From Hyphococcus sp. (GTDB lineage: Bacteria; Pseudomonadota; Alphaproteobacteria; Caulobacterales; Parvularculaceae): DNA of 64,000 nt. The notes under the pieces are model-generated. The model saw only the letters and a list, made by a program, of their open reading frames with translations, had not been told where the DNA came from and did not search any database. The translations under genes and the position numbers were made by a program. How positions within the stretch are numbered: the first letter of the stretch is position 1; every line of letters starts with the position of its first letter. The DNA lies in contig JANQJK010000004.1 of assembly GCA_028281665.1 (NCBI GenBank), positions 65,165 to 129,164 on the forward strand, written 5' to 3'. Of the stretch, positions 19,974-29,486 are shown piece after piece.

Positions 19974-20849
19974 ATGCCCTTGATGGACATAAAGCGGGCC
20001 GCCTTCTGTGCGGTCCTTGGTATCAGTATTTCAGCGATGGCCGGCGCGACATCCGCGGCGGAAACATCCTCATCCACATCGGGCGCGAAGACCACGCCCG
20101 AATTTACCGAAACGATCCAGATCGCCATGCTTGACGAGCGCGAGCGCGGCGAGCGTCGACGTGACCGGGGTGAGCGGGGCGACCGGCGCCGCGATGATCG
20201 AGGCGAACGCCGACGGCGCGATGGCGACCGGGGCGACCGCCGACGCGACCGGGGCGACCGGGGCGACCGGGGCCGCAGGGACGGGCCCCGGGGCGAGGTG
20301 CACCATCGTGAGCGGCGTGCGGAAACCCGTCGCGGCGAGCGCCGGGCGGATCACCGCAGAGAGCACCGTCGATATGACGATCGGCGAGACCGTCGCCGTT
20401 ACGACGACAAGCGCGATCGCCGGCGTTACGATCACCGAAGGGATCATCGCCGCTATGATCACCGCCGCGACCACCGCCGGTACGATCACAGACGCGATCA
20501 TCGCCGCTACGGCCATCACCGCGACCATCGGCGCTATGATTATCGCCGGGATCACCGTCGCTATGATCGTCGCCACCGGCGGGCGCACCGTTATGGCAGA
20601 GGCCGCTACGCGCATGGCTATTACGGCCCCAAAGGTCGATTCTACTACAATCCTGGCTACGACCCGATCGGATGGTTTGTGGTGAGCTTCGGCTACGAAC
20701 TGTTCAAGTCGAGCTATATCGGCGACTGTGAGGTTGTATCGAAGAGCCGCCGGCGCGGGCGCTTCACGGAGGTGGCGCTGCTTTGCTACGACGCATATGG
20801 TTACCCATACATCAAGGCGGGAAGCCGCCGGACCTACCGCAACTACTGA
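19974..20849 (+). CDS. Exported Arg/Asp/His-rich repeat protein with a C-terminal Tyr/Gly-rich domain, family unknown
   Basis: AAGGAGA sits 6 nt upstream of ATG 19974. The N-terminus is hydrophobic (AAFCAVLGISISAMAGATSAAE). About 160 aa consist of R/D/E/G/H repeats. The 80-aa tail (GYYGPKGRFYYNPGYDPIGWF...) carries 2 Cys. A strong terminator follows. Confidence 0.65.
   Translation: MPLMDIKRAAFCAVLGISISAMAGATSAAETSSSTSGAKTTPEFTETIQIAMLDERERGERRRDRGERGDRRRDDRGERRRRDGDRGDRRRDRGDRGDRGRRDGPRGEVHHRERRAETRRGERRADHRREHRRYDDRRDRRRYDDKRDRRRYDHRRDHRRYDHRRDHRRYDHRRDHRRYGHHRDHRRYDYRRDHRRYDRRHRRAHRYGRGRYAHGYYGPKGRFYYNPGYDPIGWFVVSFGYELFKSSYIGDCEVVSKSRRRGRFTEVALLCYDAYGYPYIKAGSRRTYRNY
20349..20594 (+). repeat. 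Nine imperfect tandem 27-bp repeats encoding D-H-R-R-D-H-R-R-Y units, inside the CDS
   Basis: The units read DHRREHRRY, DDRRDRRRY, DDKRDRRRY, DHRRDHRRY (three times), GHHRDHRRY, DYRRDHRRY and DRRHRRAHRY. Shorter GDR/GER 9-bp units lie upstream at about 20133-20300. Confidence 0.85.
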
Positions 20850-20871
20850 CCCGCGGTAGCATACGCCTCAG

Positions 20872-20899
20872 AAAACGCGCCCTTTCGGGGGCGCGTTTT
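20872..20899 (+). terminator. Rho-independent terminator
   Basis: AAAACGCGCCC-tttcgg-GGGCGCGTTTT: an 11-bp stem followed by a T-run, 23 nt after the stop at 20849. Confidence 0.75.
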
Positions 20900-20991
20900 A
20901 TATTTCTCAACAGCCTCAGTAGATTGCGTTGACCGCCGCCCGCGACTCTGAAGATGATCGCCCATTATGGCTTGATACGGGCGACGCGCAG

Positions 20992-22068
20992 ATGACTCGG
21001 CATTCCCGCATATTTGTTTCGGCCGCCCTGGGGGCGAGCCTCTTCGTGCTGGCGGGCGCGGGCGCGGTCGCCCTGACGGATGACGCGGCCGAGCCGCCCG
21101 TGATTACCGATATTCGCGTCGGGGAGCGAGGCCTGCAAACGAGGATCGCCCTTTTCTGCGAAACGCCCTGCACGCCGGAGCCCCGCGGCGATGGCGCGTT
21201 TTTCCTGCCCGATGCGCGGGACAATTTTGAACTCGATATCTCCGATGCGGGCACGCGCGCCTTGCGTATTCAGTCCATTGTCATGAGTGGCGGGTCGGCG
21301 CTGGTCGTCAGTTATGACGGAGCGCTCGCCGATACGGACGCCGTCCCGTGCGAGGTGGGCGGACGCGAGGCCGCCTGTCTCGACCTCTATTTTCTGGAGG
21401 CGAAGGAGGAGGACGCCCGGACGGAGAGCGTCGTTCAGAGCGAGGCAGCGGAGGAGACAGCGACGCTTGCCGAGGCGCCGCCGATCAGAGATACGGCGCA
21501 GCCGGAAAAAATCGCAGCCGCGCCGGCGCCCGCCGTCGCTGTGATGGCGAAGCCCGCCTTGCGGGAAGCCGCGAGCGAACGTCTTACTCAATTCGCCAAG
21601 CTGGCGGCGCCGGAGCGGTTGTCGCCGCCCATCCTCGCAAAAGTACAGCCCATCGAAGAATCCGTAACCGTCGGCACGCCGACCCTGCGGCCGAGCCGTT
21701 CCCTTGCGGTCAAGGTCGAGCGGGATTTCGCCGGGCGCATCAACACGCTTCTCGGGAAGACGCTGACGCCAGCCTATTGCAACAATGCGGAAGCGACTTT
21801 GCAAACGGACGCCTGGGCGCTCGGCTCCATGGTCGATGTGGGGTTATGCGCCGGCGCGCGCGGCGACGCCATTGAGGCGGAGTCGATTTTGTCGCGATTG
21901 CTGGAGTACTCGCCCGACAATTATGAGGCGCTTGTCGGCAAGGCGGTCATCGCGGAGCTTGCCGGCGAACGGGGCGCGGCCCTGCGCTTTTATCAGGACG
22001 CGCTCAATGTGCCGCCGCCGGTTCGCGAGTCCGCGCGCATTGTCGAGGCGATGGCGGCGATCAGCTGA
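20992..22068 (+). CDS. Membrane-anchored or exported hypothetical protein with a TPR-like C-terminus
   Basis: Trimmed to MTRHSRIFVSAALGASLFVLAGAGAVAL. The C-terminal segment LLEYSPDNYEALVGKAVIAELAGERGAALRFYQDAL looks like TPR. The central region is Ala/Pro/Glu-rich. Confidence 0.55.
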   Translation: MTRHSRIFVSAALGASLFVLAGAGAVALTDDAAEPPVITDIRVGERGLQTRIALFCETPCTPEPRGDGAFFLPDARDNFELDISDAGTRALRIQSIVMSGGSALVVSYDGALADTDAVPCEVGGREAACLDLYFLEAKEEDARTESVVQSEAAEETATLAEAPPIRDTAQPEKIAAAPAPAVAVMAKPALREAASERLTQFAKLAAPERLSPPILAKVQPIEESVTVGTPTLRPSRSLAVKVERDFAGRINTLLGKTLTPAYCNNAEATLQTDAWALGSMVDVGLCAGARGDAIEAESILSRLLEYSPDNYEALVGKAVIAELAGERGAALRFYQDALNVPPPVRESARIVEAMAAIS

Positions 22069-22071
22069 TCG

Positions 22072-23310
22072 TCACGTGACCTTGCCGCGCCGCGTGAACT
22101 CAGGTCTGCGCCAGTCCTCCGTTTTCAGAAGGTCGATAAGCGCGTCCGCCGCGGCCCACACATCTGCATAGGACAGGAACAGGGGCGAAAACCCGAACCG
22201 CATCAGATCCGGTGCGCGAAAGTCTCCGATAACGCCGCGCGCAATCAGTGCCTGGATGACCTCATAGCCGTGCCCGAAGCGCAGGCTCACATGACCGCCC
22301 CGTCGTTCGCCCGGCAGCGGGGATACGGTCCGAAGCCCCGCGGCAAGGGCGCGCGACAGGAAGAGATCGCCGAGGCGCTGCGCTTTCGCCGCAACATCGT
22401 TCAGGTCCACATCGTCAAAGATATCGAGCGCCGCATCGAGGGCGCTCAAGGACAGTATCGGCGGCGTGCCGCAGGCGAACCGCCGGGCGTCCTCCGCAGG
22501 CCTGTAAGCGGCGTCAAATGCAAACGGGTCCGCATGTCCCATCCACCCTGTGAGCGGCTGGTCGAGGGCCGCGCCGTCGCCGCGCGCATAGAGGAATGCA
22601 GGCGCGCCGGGTCCGCCGTTCAGATATTTGTATCCGCAGCCAACCGCATAGCGTGCGCCGTCGCCGGCCAGATCGAGCGGCAGCAACCCGGTGGCGTGGC
22701 TCAGATCCCAGATGATGGATACGCCGGCGTTCGCGGCCTGGGCTTCCATTGTCGCGATGTCGGCGACAGCGGCCGTTCTGTAGTCGACGGCGCTGACGAG
22801 CAGCACGCCGATATCGTCTGTAAGGGAATTATCCGCCGGGTTCGGCCGGCGGAGTTCCGCATCGGTCAGCGCCGCCAATCCCTGAAGGATGTATCCGTCC
22901 GTCGGGAACTCGTTCTCGTAAACGGCAATGGCGCCGCCGTTTCTTTTATGCAGCGCTGCGGCGAGCTTGAAGATGTTGATCGATACCGAATCGGAAACGA
23001 TCACATCTTCCGCCGGGGCGCCGATCAGCCTGGCGATTTTCGCGCCGCAGGTTTTCGGCATGTCGAACCAGCCGGCCGCGTTCCACGACCGGATCAAGTC
23101 GCGGCCCCATTCGTCGGCGGCCGTATGCTGAAGGCGCGCCAGCGCCTGCTTCGGCGGCGGCCCCAGCGAATTGCCGTCGAGATAAATGACGCCCCCGGAC
23201 AGATCGAAAGCATCCGACAGGCGCCGCAAAGGATCTTCGGCGTCCAGTTGCTCCGCGTCGTCGCGTGAGAAAGGAACCGTGATGATCGTCAAGCCTGACT
23301 CCGTTTGCAC
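22072..23310 (-). CDS. kynU: Kynureninase
   Basis: 412 aa with a GTG start. Contains IYLDGNSLGPPP, DLIRSWN, DFRAPDLMRFGFSPLF and a PLP-fold class V profile. Confidence 0.85.
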   Translation of the reverse strand: MQTESGLTIITVPFSRDDAEQLDAEDPLRRLSDAFDLSGGVIYLDGNSLGPPPKQALARLQHTAADEWGRDLIRSWNAAGWFDMPKTCGAKIARLIGAPAEDVIVSDSVSINIFKLAAALHKRNGGAIAVYENEFPTDGYILQGLAALTDAELRRPNPADNSLTDDIGVLLVSAVDYRTAAVADIATMEAQAANAGVSIIWDLSHATGLLPLDLAGDGARYAVGCGYKYLNGGPGAPAFLYARGDGAALDQPLTGWMGHADPFAFDAAYRPAEDARRFACGTPPILSLSALDAALDIFDDVDLNDVAAKAQRLGDLFLSRALAAGLRTVSPLPGERRGGHVSLRFGHGYEVIQALIARGVIGDFRAPDLMRFGFSPLFLSYADVWAAADALIDLLKTEDWRRPEFTRRGKVT

Positions 23311-23414
23311 CTACAGCCTTCGGTCGGACGCTGAAGAATATCATATCATCAGCGGATGCAACCGATCTTTGCCCGTTCCTTGACGGCGCCCGCGATGCGG
23401 ATCACGCTCTTGCG

Positions 23415-24737
23415 ATGAATAAGGGCGATGCGCAGGAAACAGACGGCGACGCCGGCAGGCCCATGGGGTTCTGGAAGTGCTGGGCGATGTCCGCCGGCGT
23501 GATGATCGGATCCGGCGTTTTCCTCCTGCCGGCGGTGCTCGCGCCTTATGGGTCGATCAGCTTTCTTGGATGGCTGTTTACGAGCGCCGGCGCCATTTTC
23601 GTTGCGCTGACGCTGGGCCGGCTTGCGGGACGCACTGACGAAAGCGGCGGCTTTTACGTGTATGTCCGCGACGCGTTCGGCGAACTCCCGGGCTTTATCG
23701 TCGGCTGGAGTTACTGGGCCGCCACCGTTTTTGCAGTCGCGGCCATATCCGTGGCGTTCGCGGGATATCTCGGCGCGCTCGCGCCGGCGCTTGCCGGCGA
23801 CAATGTGCTTCAGGGCGCAGTCGCGGCGGTGATGATCTGGCTGATTACCGGCATCAACATCCGAGGCGTTTCCGAAGCGGCGGCGACGCAGTTGATCATG
23901 ACGGTGCTCAAGATCGTTCCGCTACTGATGATCATCGGCCTGGCCCTGTTTGCCGGCGATACGAAGAACGTGCCGGCGTTTAATCCGCAGGGATTGCCGC
24001 CGTATCAGGCGCTCGCAGCGACGGCGCTTCTGACCATGTGGGCTTTTGTCGGTCTGGAGGCCGGCGTTGTCGCAGCCGAAGACGTGCGCGATGCAAAGCG
24101 CACCATCCCCCGTGCGATCGTCACGGCGACGCTCTCTGTCGCGGCGCTCTATATCGCGGCCACCGCCGCGGTGATGCTGCTGCTGCCCCCGGCGCAACTG
24201 GCCGTTTCCGAGGCGCCGTTTTCCGATGCTGCGACACGGCTCGGCGCTCTTGGGCCGCCCATCATTGCCATCGGGGCGCTCATCTCAACGTCGGGCTCCC
24301 TGAACGGCAACGTCTTCATCACCGGGCAGATGCCCATGGCTGCGGCGCGTCATGGGGGCGTTCCGGCAGGGCTCGCGTTCCAGAACGCCGGCGGCGCGCC
24401 GTCGCGCGCGCTTATCCTGTCGTCGGCCTTCGCGACGGCGCTGATCGTCCTCAACTATGCGGACGGTCTCGTCGCCGCCTTCACATTTCTGATTTCCATG
24501 TCGACCCTCGGGACGCTGTTGCCCTACGCCCTGTCTGCGCTCGCTGAGATCAAGCATTCGTTCCGCGCGGCAAAAGCCTGGACGGCGCTGGCGCTTGTCG
24601 CGCTTGCTTATTCGATTATCGCAATGGCGGGCGCGGGGGCGGCGACGCTGCTCTGGGGGCTTGTCCTGATCGCCGCCGGGTTGTTCGTGTTCTACGTCAC
24701 GAAACTGACGGCAAAATCGGACGCGGCCCGTGAGTGA
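23415..24737 (+). CDS. APC-superfamily amino acid permease
   Basis: 440 aa with 12 TM segments and GSGVFLLPA near the N-terminus. Confidence 0.8.
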   Translation: MNKGDAQETDGDAGRPMGFWKCWAMSAGVMIGSGVFLLPAVLAPYGSISFLGWLFTSAGAIFVALTLGRLAGRTDESGGFYVYVRDAFGELPGFIVGWSYWAATVFAVAAISVAFAGYLGALAPALAGDNVLQGAVAAVMIWLITGINIRGVSEAAATQLIMTVLKIVPLLMIIGLALFAGDTKNVPAFNPQGLPPYQALAATALLTMWAFVGLEAGVVAAEDVRDAKRTIPRAIVTATLSVAALYIAATAAVMLLLPPAQLAVSEAPFSDAATRLGALGPPIIAIGALISTSGSLNGNVFITGQMPMAAARHGGVPAGLAFQNAGGAPSRALILSSAFATALIVLNYADGLVAAFTFLISMSTLGTLLPYALSALAEIKHSFRAAKAWTALALVALAYSIIAMAGAGAATLLWGLVLIAAGLFVFYVTKLTAKSDAARE

Positions 24738-25860
24738 TCATCCGGAAACAGGGTTGCCCCCATGGACCTATACGGATCCTGAATTCCTCGCGCTTGAGCG
24801 CGACGCGGTTTTCAGCCCGAGCTGGCAGATCGTCTGTCATGAAAGCGACGTTGCGACGCGCGGACAATATGCGACGCTGGATTTTCTCGGGACACTGATC
24901 TTCGTCGTCCGCGGCGATGACAGCGTGTTGCGGGCGTTCCGGAATGTCTGCCGGCACCGTGCGGCGCGGTTGCTCGACGAGCCCTTTGGCGCCTGTTCGT
25001 CGCGCATCGTTTGTCCCTATCACGCGTGGTCTTACGACCTTGCAGGCCGTCTCATCGGCGTTGCGCAACGGGAACGGTATGCGGCCTTTGAAAACGATGA
25101 CTACGGTCTTGTTTCAGTCGAATTGCGCGAAGCGGGCGGTTTTTTGTTTGTCAACGCGGGCGACGAAGAGGCGTCTTTCGGCGACTTCATTCGTCCCATG
25201 GCCGACGAGTTCGCGCGCTACAAAACAAAGGAGATGCGCGCGTTCGGGCGCATCACCCTGCGCGAACGCGACGTGAACTGGAAAATCGCGGTTGAGAATT
25301 TCGTAGACTACCTGCATCTGCCGGTCGCCCATAACGGTCTCGATGGTCTTGTGGGGGCGAGTTACGCGCTTTCGGTTGAAGACGGGGCGTGCGTGATCTC
25401 TGCAAATATTAACAGCGCACCGGACCAGTCGCTGTCGGCGCGCGCCTATCGCAAATACCTGCCCGAAGCGGCGCATCTGCCGCCGGACCGGCGCCGGCAA
25501 TGGCGCTATGTCAAACTCTGGCCGAACCTGGCGTTCGATACTTATCCCGATCAGATCGACTTTATGCAGTTCATCCCCTTAAGCGCCGAGCGAACGCTCC
25601 TGCGTGAGATCTCTTATGGGCTGCCGGATGCGAGCAGGGAACTGGCGGCGGCCCGTTACCTGAACTGGCGCGTCAATCGGGTCGTGAACGAGGAAGACAA
25701 AGACATTATCGAGCGCACCCAGGCCGGCATGAAATCCGGCGTTTCGCCGGGCCCCATCGCCGACGATGAAATCGGGCTGCGATACTTTGCCGAACGCATG
25801 CGCGAGGTGTTGCCGGTGTGTCGCAACGCCAACCGGCCGAAGACGTTGCGCGAGGCCTGA
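24730..25860 (+). CDS. Rieske [2Fe-2S] non-haem-iron oxygenase, alpha subunit
   Basis: 376 aa. Rieske motif CRHRAARL...CPYHAWSY. The GTG start overlaps the permease stop by 8 nt. Confidence 0.8.
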   Translation: MSDHPETGLPPWTYTDPEFLALERDAVFSPSWQIVCHESDVATRGQYATLDFLGTLIFVVRGDDSVLRAFRNVCRHRAARLLDEPFGACSSRIVCPYHAWSYDLAGRLIGVAQRERYAAFENDDYGLVSVELREAGGFLFVNAGDEEASFGDFIRPMADEFARYKTKEMRAFGRITLRERDVNWKIAVENFVDYLHLPVAHNGLDGLVGASYALSVEDGACVISANINSAPDQSLSARAYRKYLPEAAHLPPDRRRQWRYVKLWPNLAFDTYPDQIDFMQFIPLSAERTLLREISYGLPDASRELAAARYLNWRVNRVVNEEDKDIIERTQAGMKSGVSPGPIADDEIGLRYFAERMREVLPVCRNANRPKTLREA

Positions 25861-26041
25861 ACTTTGTGCCCCGACGTTGCATAGGGACCGCGGGCGCTTA
25901 TATTACGGCAATGCCTTCCTGAATTCCCTGTCTTTGATTCGTTGACCGCCGCGGCGGGAGAGGTGCGTCCTGTCGCATCGTCTTCTCCGTCGGCGACGCA
26001 GTCCGCTCGGGCTGCGTTCAGTCAACGCTTCGGAGACGACA

Positions 26042-26233
26042 ATGTCCAAAACGAAACCTTCCAAAACAGCCGCTGGCGAAGGCGGCTCGTTGAAACGCGC
26101 CGCCTTCGCCCGGGCCCTTGCTCAGTCTGAGTTCGGAAAATATTACTGGGACGACAGTCAGGAAAAGGCGCGCCAGGCCGATGGATTGACGAAGAAAAGC
26201 AAAGGCGGCCGCACGCCTGACGATCAACGGTAA
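26042..26233 (+). CDS. Small basic hypothetical protein (63 aa)
   Basis: GGAGA SD lies 6 nt upstream of the ATG. GC3 is moderately high. I recognise no family. Confidence 0.4.
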   Translation: MSKTKPSKTAAGEGGSLKRAAFARALAQSEFGKYYWDDSQEKARQADGLTKKSKGGRTPDDQR

Positions 26234-26353
26234 GCCGACGTTACCGGAACGGGTCGGGCAGGCGACAGGCTTAGGCGTCGGGCCCGGCGCAAGGCTTGAC
26301 CGGTTCCGGCGACGCCCCTAGCGTCCGGCGAAATTTTCAACCGAACAGAGACA

Positions 26354-27286
26354 ATGAAAAACGCGCCGGCAACGACATTTCAGGATCTGATTCTGACATT
26401 GCAGAATTACTGGGCGGCAAACGGCTGCGTCATCCTGCAACCCTATGACATGGAAATGGGGGCGGGGACTTTTCACCCGGCGACAACCCTGCGCTCGCTG
26501 GGCCCGAAACCGTGGAATGCGGCCTATGTGCAGCCATGCCGGCGCCCGACCGACGGCCGCTACGGCGCGAACCCGAACCGGTTCCAGCATTACTATCAGT
26601 TTCAGGTCGTCCTGAAGCCGTCGCCGGAGAATATTCAGGATCTCTATCTCGGGTCCCTTGACGCCATCGGCGTCGATCGCTCCGTACACGATATACGTTT
26701 CGTCGAGGACGACTGGGAAAGCCCGACGCTGGGCGCCTGGGGTCTCGGCTGGGAAGTCTGGTGCGACGGCATGGAGGTTTCCCAGTTCACCTACTTCCAG
26801 CAGGTCGGCGGTTTTGACTGTAAGCCCGTGACGGGGGAGATTACCTACGGGCTCGAACGGCTCGCCATGTATGTGCAAGGGGTCGATAACGGGTTCGATC
26901 TCGTCTATGGCGGCGAGCGGCCAGATGGCTCGCCCTTTACCTATGGCGACGTTTTTCACCAGAACGAGGTGGAACAATCGGCTTACAACTTTGAGATTGC
27001 CGATACCGATGTGCTTTTCCGGCAGTTCAAGGAGGCGGAGGCCGCCTGCGCGGCGATCCTCGAAGCCGGCGAGAAAGCGGGAACGGCTTATCCGTTGCCT
27101 GCGTACGAACAGTGCATCAAGGCTTCCCACGTCTTTAATCTGCTCGATGCGCGCGGTGTGATTTCCGTCGCTGAACGCCAGTCCTATATTCTGAGGGTTC
27201 GTTCGCTGGCACAGAGCTGCTGCAAGGCCTGGCTCGACAGTCCCCAAGGCCGGACGGAAGGCGCCGGCGTCGTCGACTACGCCTGA
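26354..27286 (+). CDS. glyQ: Glycine--tRNA ligase alpha subunit
   Basis: 310 aa: [63 protein letters not shown]. Confidence 0.95.
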   Translation: MKNAPATTFQDLILTLQNYWAANGCVILQPYDMEMGAGTFHPATTLRSLGPKPWNAAYVQPCRRPTDGRYGANPNRFQHYYQFQVVLKPSPENIQDLYLGSLDAIGVDRSVHDIRFVEDDWESPTLGAWGLGWEVWCDGMEVSQFTYFQQVGGFDCKPVTGEITYGLERLAMYVQGVDNGFDLVYGGERPDGSPFTYGDVFHQNEVEQSAYNFEIADTDVLFRQFKEAEAACAAILEAGEKAGTAYPLPAYEQCIKASHVFNLLDARGVISVAERQSYILRVRSLAQSCCKAWLDSPQGRTEGAGVVDYA

Positions 27287-27324
27287 GGGCAATTAGCCGT
27301 TTTCTTTAACGATGGACCGAGAAC

Positions 27325-27789
27325 ATGAGTTGGACTGTTTATTTGTCGGGCGAAATCCATACGGACTGGCGCGCTGAAATTGCGGCGGGCGCCGCAAGCG
27401 CCAATCTCGATGTCGCGTTTACATCGCCGATCACCGACCATGCCGCATCCGATGATTGCGGCGTGGCGATCCTCGGCGCGGAAGGCGATAAGTTCTGGCA
27501 CGACCACAAGGGCGCCAGGATCAACGCCATTCGCACGTCAACGCTCATCCGCCGGGCCGATATTGTCGTTGTCCGTTTCGGTGAGAAATACAAACAATGG
27601 AATGCGGCGTTTGACGCCGGCGTCGCCGCGGCGCTTGGGAAGCCGTTGGTTGTCATGCATGGCCCCGATCATCAGCATGCGTTGAAAGAGATTGACGCCG
27701 CGGCGCTCGCCGTTACCGAAACGCCGGCGGAGGTCGTGAAGATCCTGGAATATGTGATCGACGGAAGGCTTGCGGGCTATACCGACTGA
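27325..27789 (+). CDS. YtoQ family protein (nucleoside 2-deoxyribosyltransferase-like fold)
   Basis: 154 aa, colinear with B. subtilis YtoQ (VYLSGEIHTDWR...RFGEKYKQWNAAFDAG...GKPLVV). Confidence 0.75.
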   Translation: MSWTVYLSGEIHTDWRAEIAAGAASANLDVAFTSPITDHAASDDCGVAILGAEGDKFWHDHKGARINAIRTSTLIRRADIVVVRFGEKYKQWNAAFDAGVAAALGKPLVVMHGPDHQHALKEIDAAALAVTETPAEVVKILEYVIDGRLAGYTD

Positions 27790-27947
27790 GTTGTTTTCGG
27801 CTCGGCGCAAAAGCCGTGTGTTGCGATGCACAACAACAAACTCCCCTTGATTCCGGCAATATTTCGTTGACGGAATATCCGATTACGTTGCTTTCCATAG
27901 GATGCTCGCTGCGATAAAATCGGCGGCTCAGCTATGGGAGACAGATC

Positions 27948-28358
27948 ATGCCCAAAGTATTTGGAATAAAACTGGTTCCGCTGATTATCGCGACGATTGC
28001 GTTCTATCTTGTAGGTTTTCTCTGGTACGGTTTCATCTTCATGGACATGTGGATGTCCGCGGCGGGTTATACGGAAGCGGACTTCGATGGTTCCAGCCCG
28101 GCGTGGATGGCGCTCGGTCCGCTCATTTCACTGTTGACGGTCATCGGCATCGGCAAGGTGCTGCTATGGACGAACGCGCAGTCCATCGGCGACGCCATTC
28201 AGAAGACATTGTTCATTTGGGTGGCCTTCGGTCTGACGCTGGCGCTTTACGGTCTCGCCTATTCGCCGATGCATTCGGTCAATCTGTTTTTGATTGACGC
28301 ATCCCATCTGTTGGTCGGCTGGCTGCTTGCGACGGTTATCCTCGCTGCGATGAAATAG
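27948..28358 (+). CDS. DUF1761-like membrane protein
   Basis: 136 aa with 4 TM segments. The N-terminus LVPLIIATIAFYLVGFLWYGFIF is typical of DUF1761. Confidence 0.6.
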   Translation: MPKVFGIKLVPLIIATIAFYLVGFLWYGFIFMDMWMSAAGYTEADFDGSSPAWMALGPLISLLTVIGIGKVLLWTNAQSIGDAIQKTLFIWVAFGLTLALYGLAYSPMHSVNLFLIDASHLLVGWLLATVILAAMK

Positions 28359-28394
28359 AGGCGCCGAGCCCAAACTTGTGTATAACGCCCCCGT

Positions 28395-29138
28395 ATGGTG
28401 CGGGCGCCGAAGAAAACGAAATCAAAAAAAGGCTGGTCTGAGCGCTCCGCGCTCGACCGGCTGACGATCATTCTGCGCGGCGCGGCGTTCGCCGGCATTG
28501 GCGTGATCGCGCTTTCCATTGTCTGGGCAGGCGCCTACCGCGTTGTCGCGCCGCCGGGCACGGTCACCATGTTGCAGCGGAAGATGTCCGGCGACGTCAT
28601 CGTGAAGCCGTGGACGCCCCTCGGTCAAATCTCTCCGCACCTCGTCACCGCCGTGATCGCCGCGGAGGATACGCGGTTCTGCCTCCATAACGGGATCGAC
28701 TTCAAAGCGATCGAAGACGCGATGAACGAGGCGGAGAACGGCAAACCTCTGCGCGGCGCGTCGACCATATCGCAACAGACCGCGAAGAACGCGTTTCTGT
28801 GGAATGGCGGCGGCTGGTTCCGCAAGGGCGTCGAGGCCTGGATGACGACGCTGATTGAAACCTTCTGGCCAAAGCGGCGCGTCATGGAAATCTATCTCAA
28901 CGTCGCCGAGTGGGGCGACGGTCTGTTTGGCGCCGAGGCGGCGGCGCAGGCGCGGTTTGGCAAGCCGGCGCGCGATCTCAGCAAACGCGAGGCGGCGCTG
29001 TTGGCGTCCGTCCTGCCCAACCCCCATAAATGGCGCGTCAACCCGCCGGGGCCATATGTGCGCGGGCGCGTCGTGACTGTCCGTAAGCGGATGGAACAGG
29101 TCCGCCGCGACGGCCTCGATGCCTGCGTCAGAGAATAG
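28395..29138 (+). CDS. mtgA: Monofunctional biosynthetic peptidoglycan transglycosylase
   Basis: 247 aa with an N-terminal TM segment and GT51 motifs AAEDTRFCLHNGID and GASTISQQTAKN. Confidence 0.9.
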   Translation: MVRAPKKTKSKKGWSERSALDRLTIILRGAAFAGIGVIALSIVWAGAYRVVAPPGTVTMLQRKMSGDVIVKPWTPLGQISPHLVTAVIAAEDTRFCLHNGIDFKAIEDAMNEAENGKPLRGASTISQQTAKNAFLWNGGGWFRKGVEAWMTTLIETFWPKRRVMEIYLNVAEWGDGLFGAEAAAQARFGKPARDLSKREAALLASVLPNPHKWRVNPPGPYVRGRVVTVRKRMEQVRRDGLDACVRE

Positions 29139-29150
29139 GAGAGCGGCGTG

Positions 29151-29483
29151 ATGAACGAAGTGATGGTGATTGCCTGCTACCGGCCGAAGCGCGGCAGGGA
29201 AAAGGAACTGCTGGCGGAGATGAAATCCCATCTGCCGACCCTGCGCGCGCAAGGCCTGGTGGGCGAGGGGCCGTCGCTTGCCGGGCGCGCCAGGGACGGA
29301 ACAATTGTGGAAGTCTTCCGCTGGAAGTCGGAAGACGCCATTGCCAAGGCCCACGAAAACCCGGCGGTCGCCGCCATGTGGGAGCGGTTCGGCGCGGTTT
29401 GCGATTATACGGCGATATCGAAGGTCGAGGGCGCCAGCGACCTCTTCACTCCCCTTGAACCGATCAATCTGAATGAGGACTGA
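29151..29483 (+). CDS. Small ABM-like (antibiotic biosynthesis monooxygenase fold) protein
   Basis: AGGAGAG lies 7 nt upstream of ATG 29151. 110 aa. The ferredoxin-like pattern (VIACYRPK...VEVFRWKSEDAIAKAH) gives only a weak assignment. Confidence 0.45.
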   Translation: MNEVMVIACYRPKRGREKELLAEMKSHLPTLRAQGLVGEGPSLAGRARDGTIVEVFRWKSEDAIAKAHENPAVAAMWERFGAVCDYTAISKVEGASDLFTPLEPINLNED

Positions 29484-29486
29484 CCC

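Noticed and set aside
20349-20594. Regularly spaced 27-bp repeats that could be read as a CRISPR-like array
   Set aside because: The units are contiguous with no spacers, they are degenerate at synonymous or conservative positions, and they sit in frame inside a CDS. No cas genes are in the window.
20008-20685. 225-aa (+) and 181-aa (-, 20070-20615) ORFs across the repeat block
   Set aside because: These are alternative frames of the tandem repeats. Only the 19974 frame has an SD, a signal peptide, a non-repetitive C-terminal domain and a terminator.
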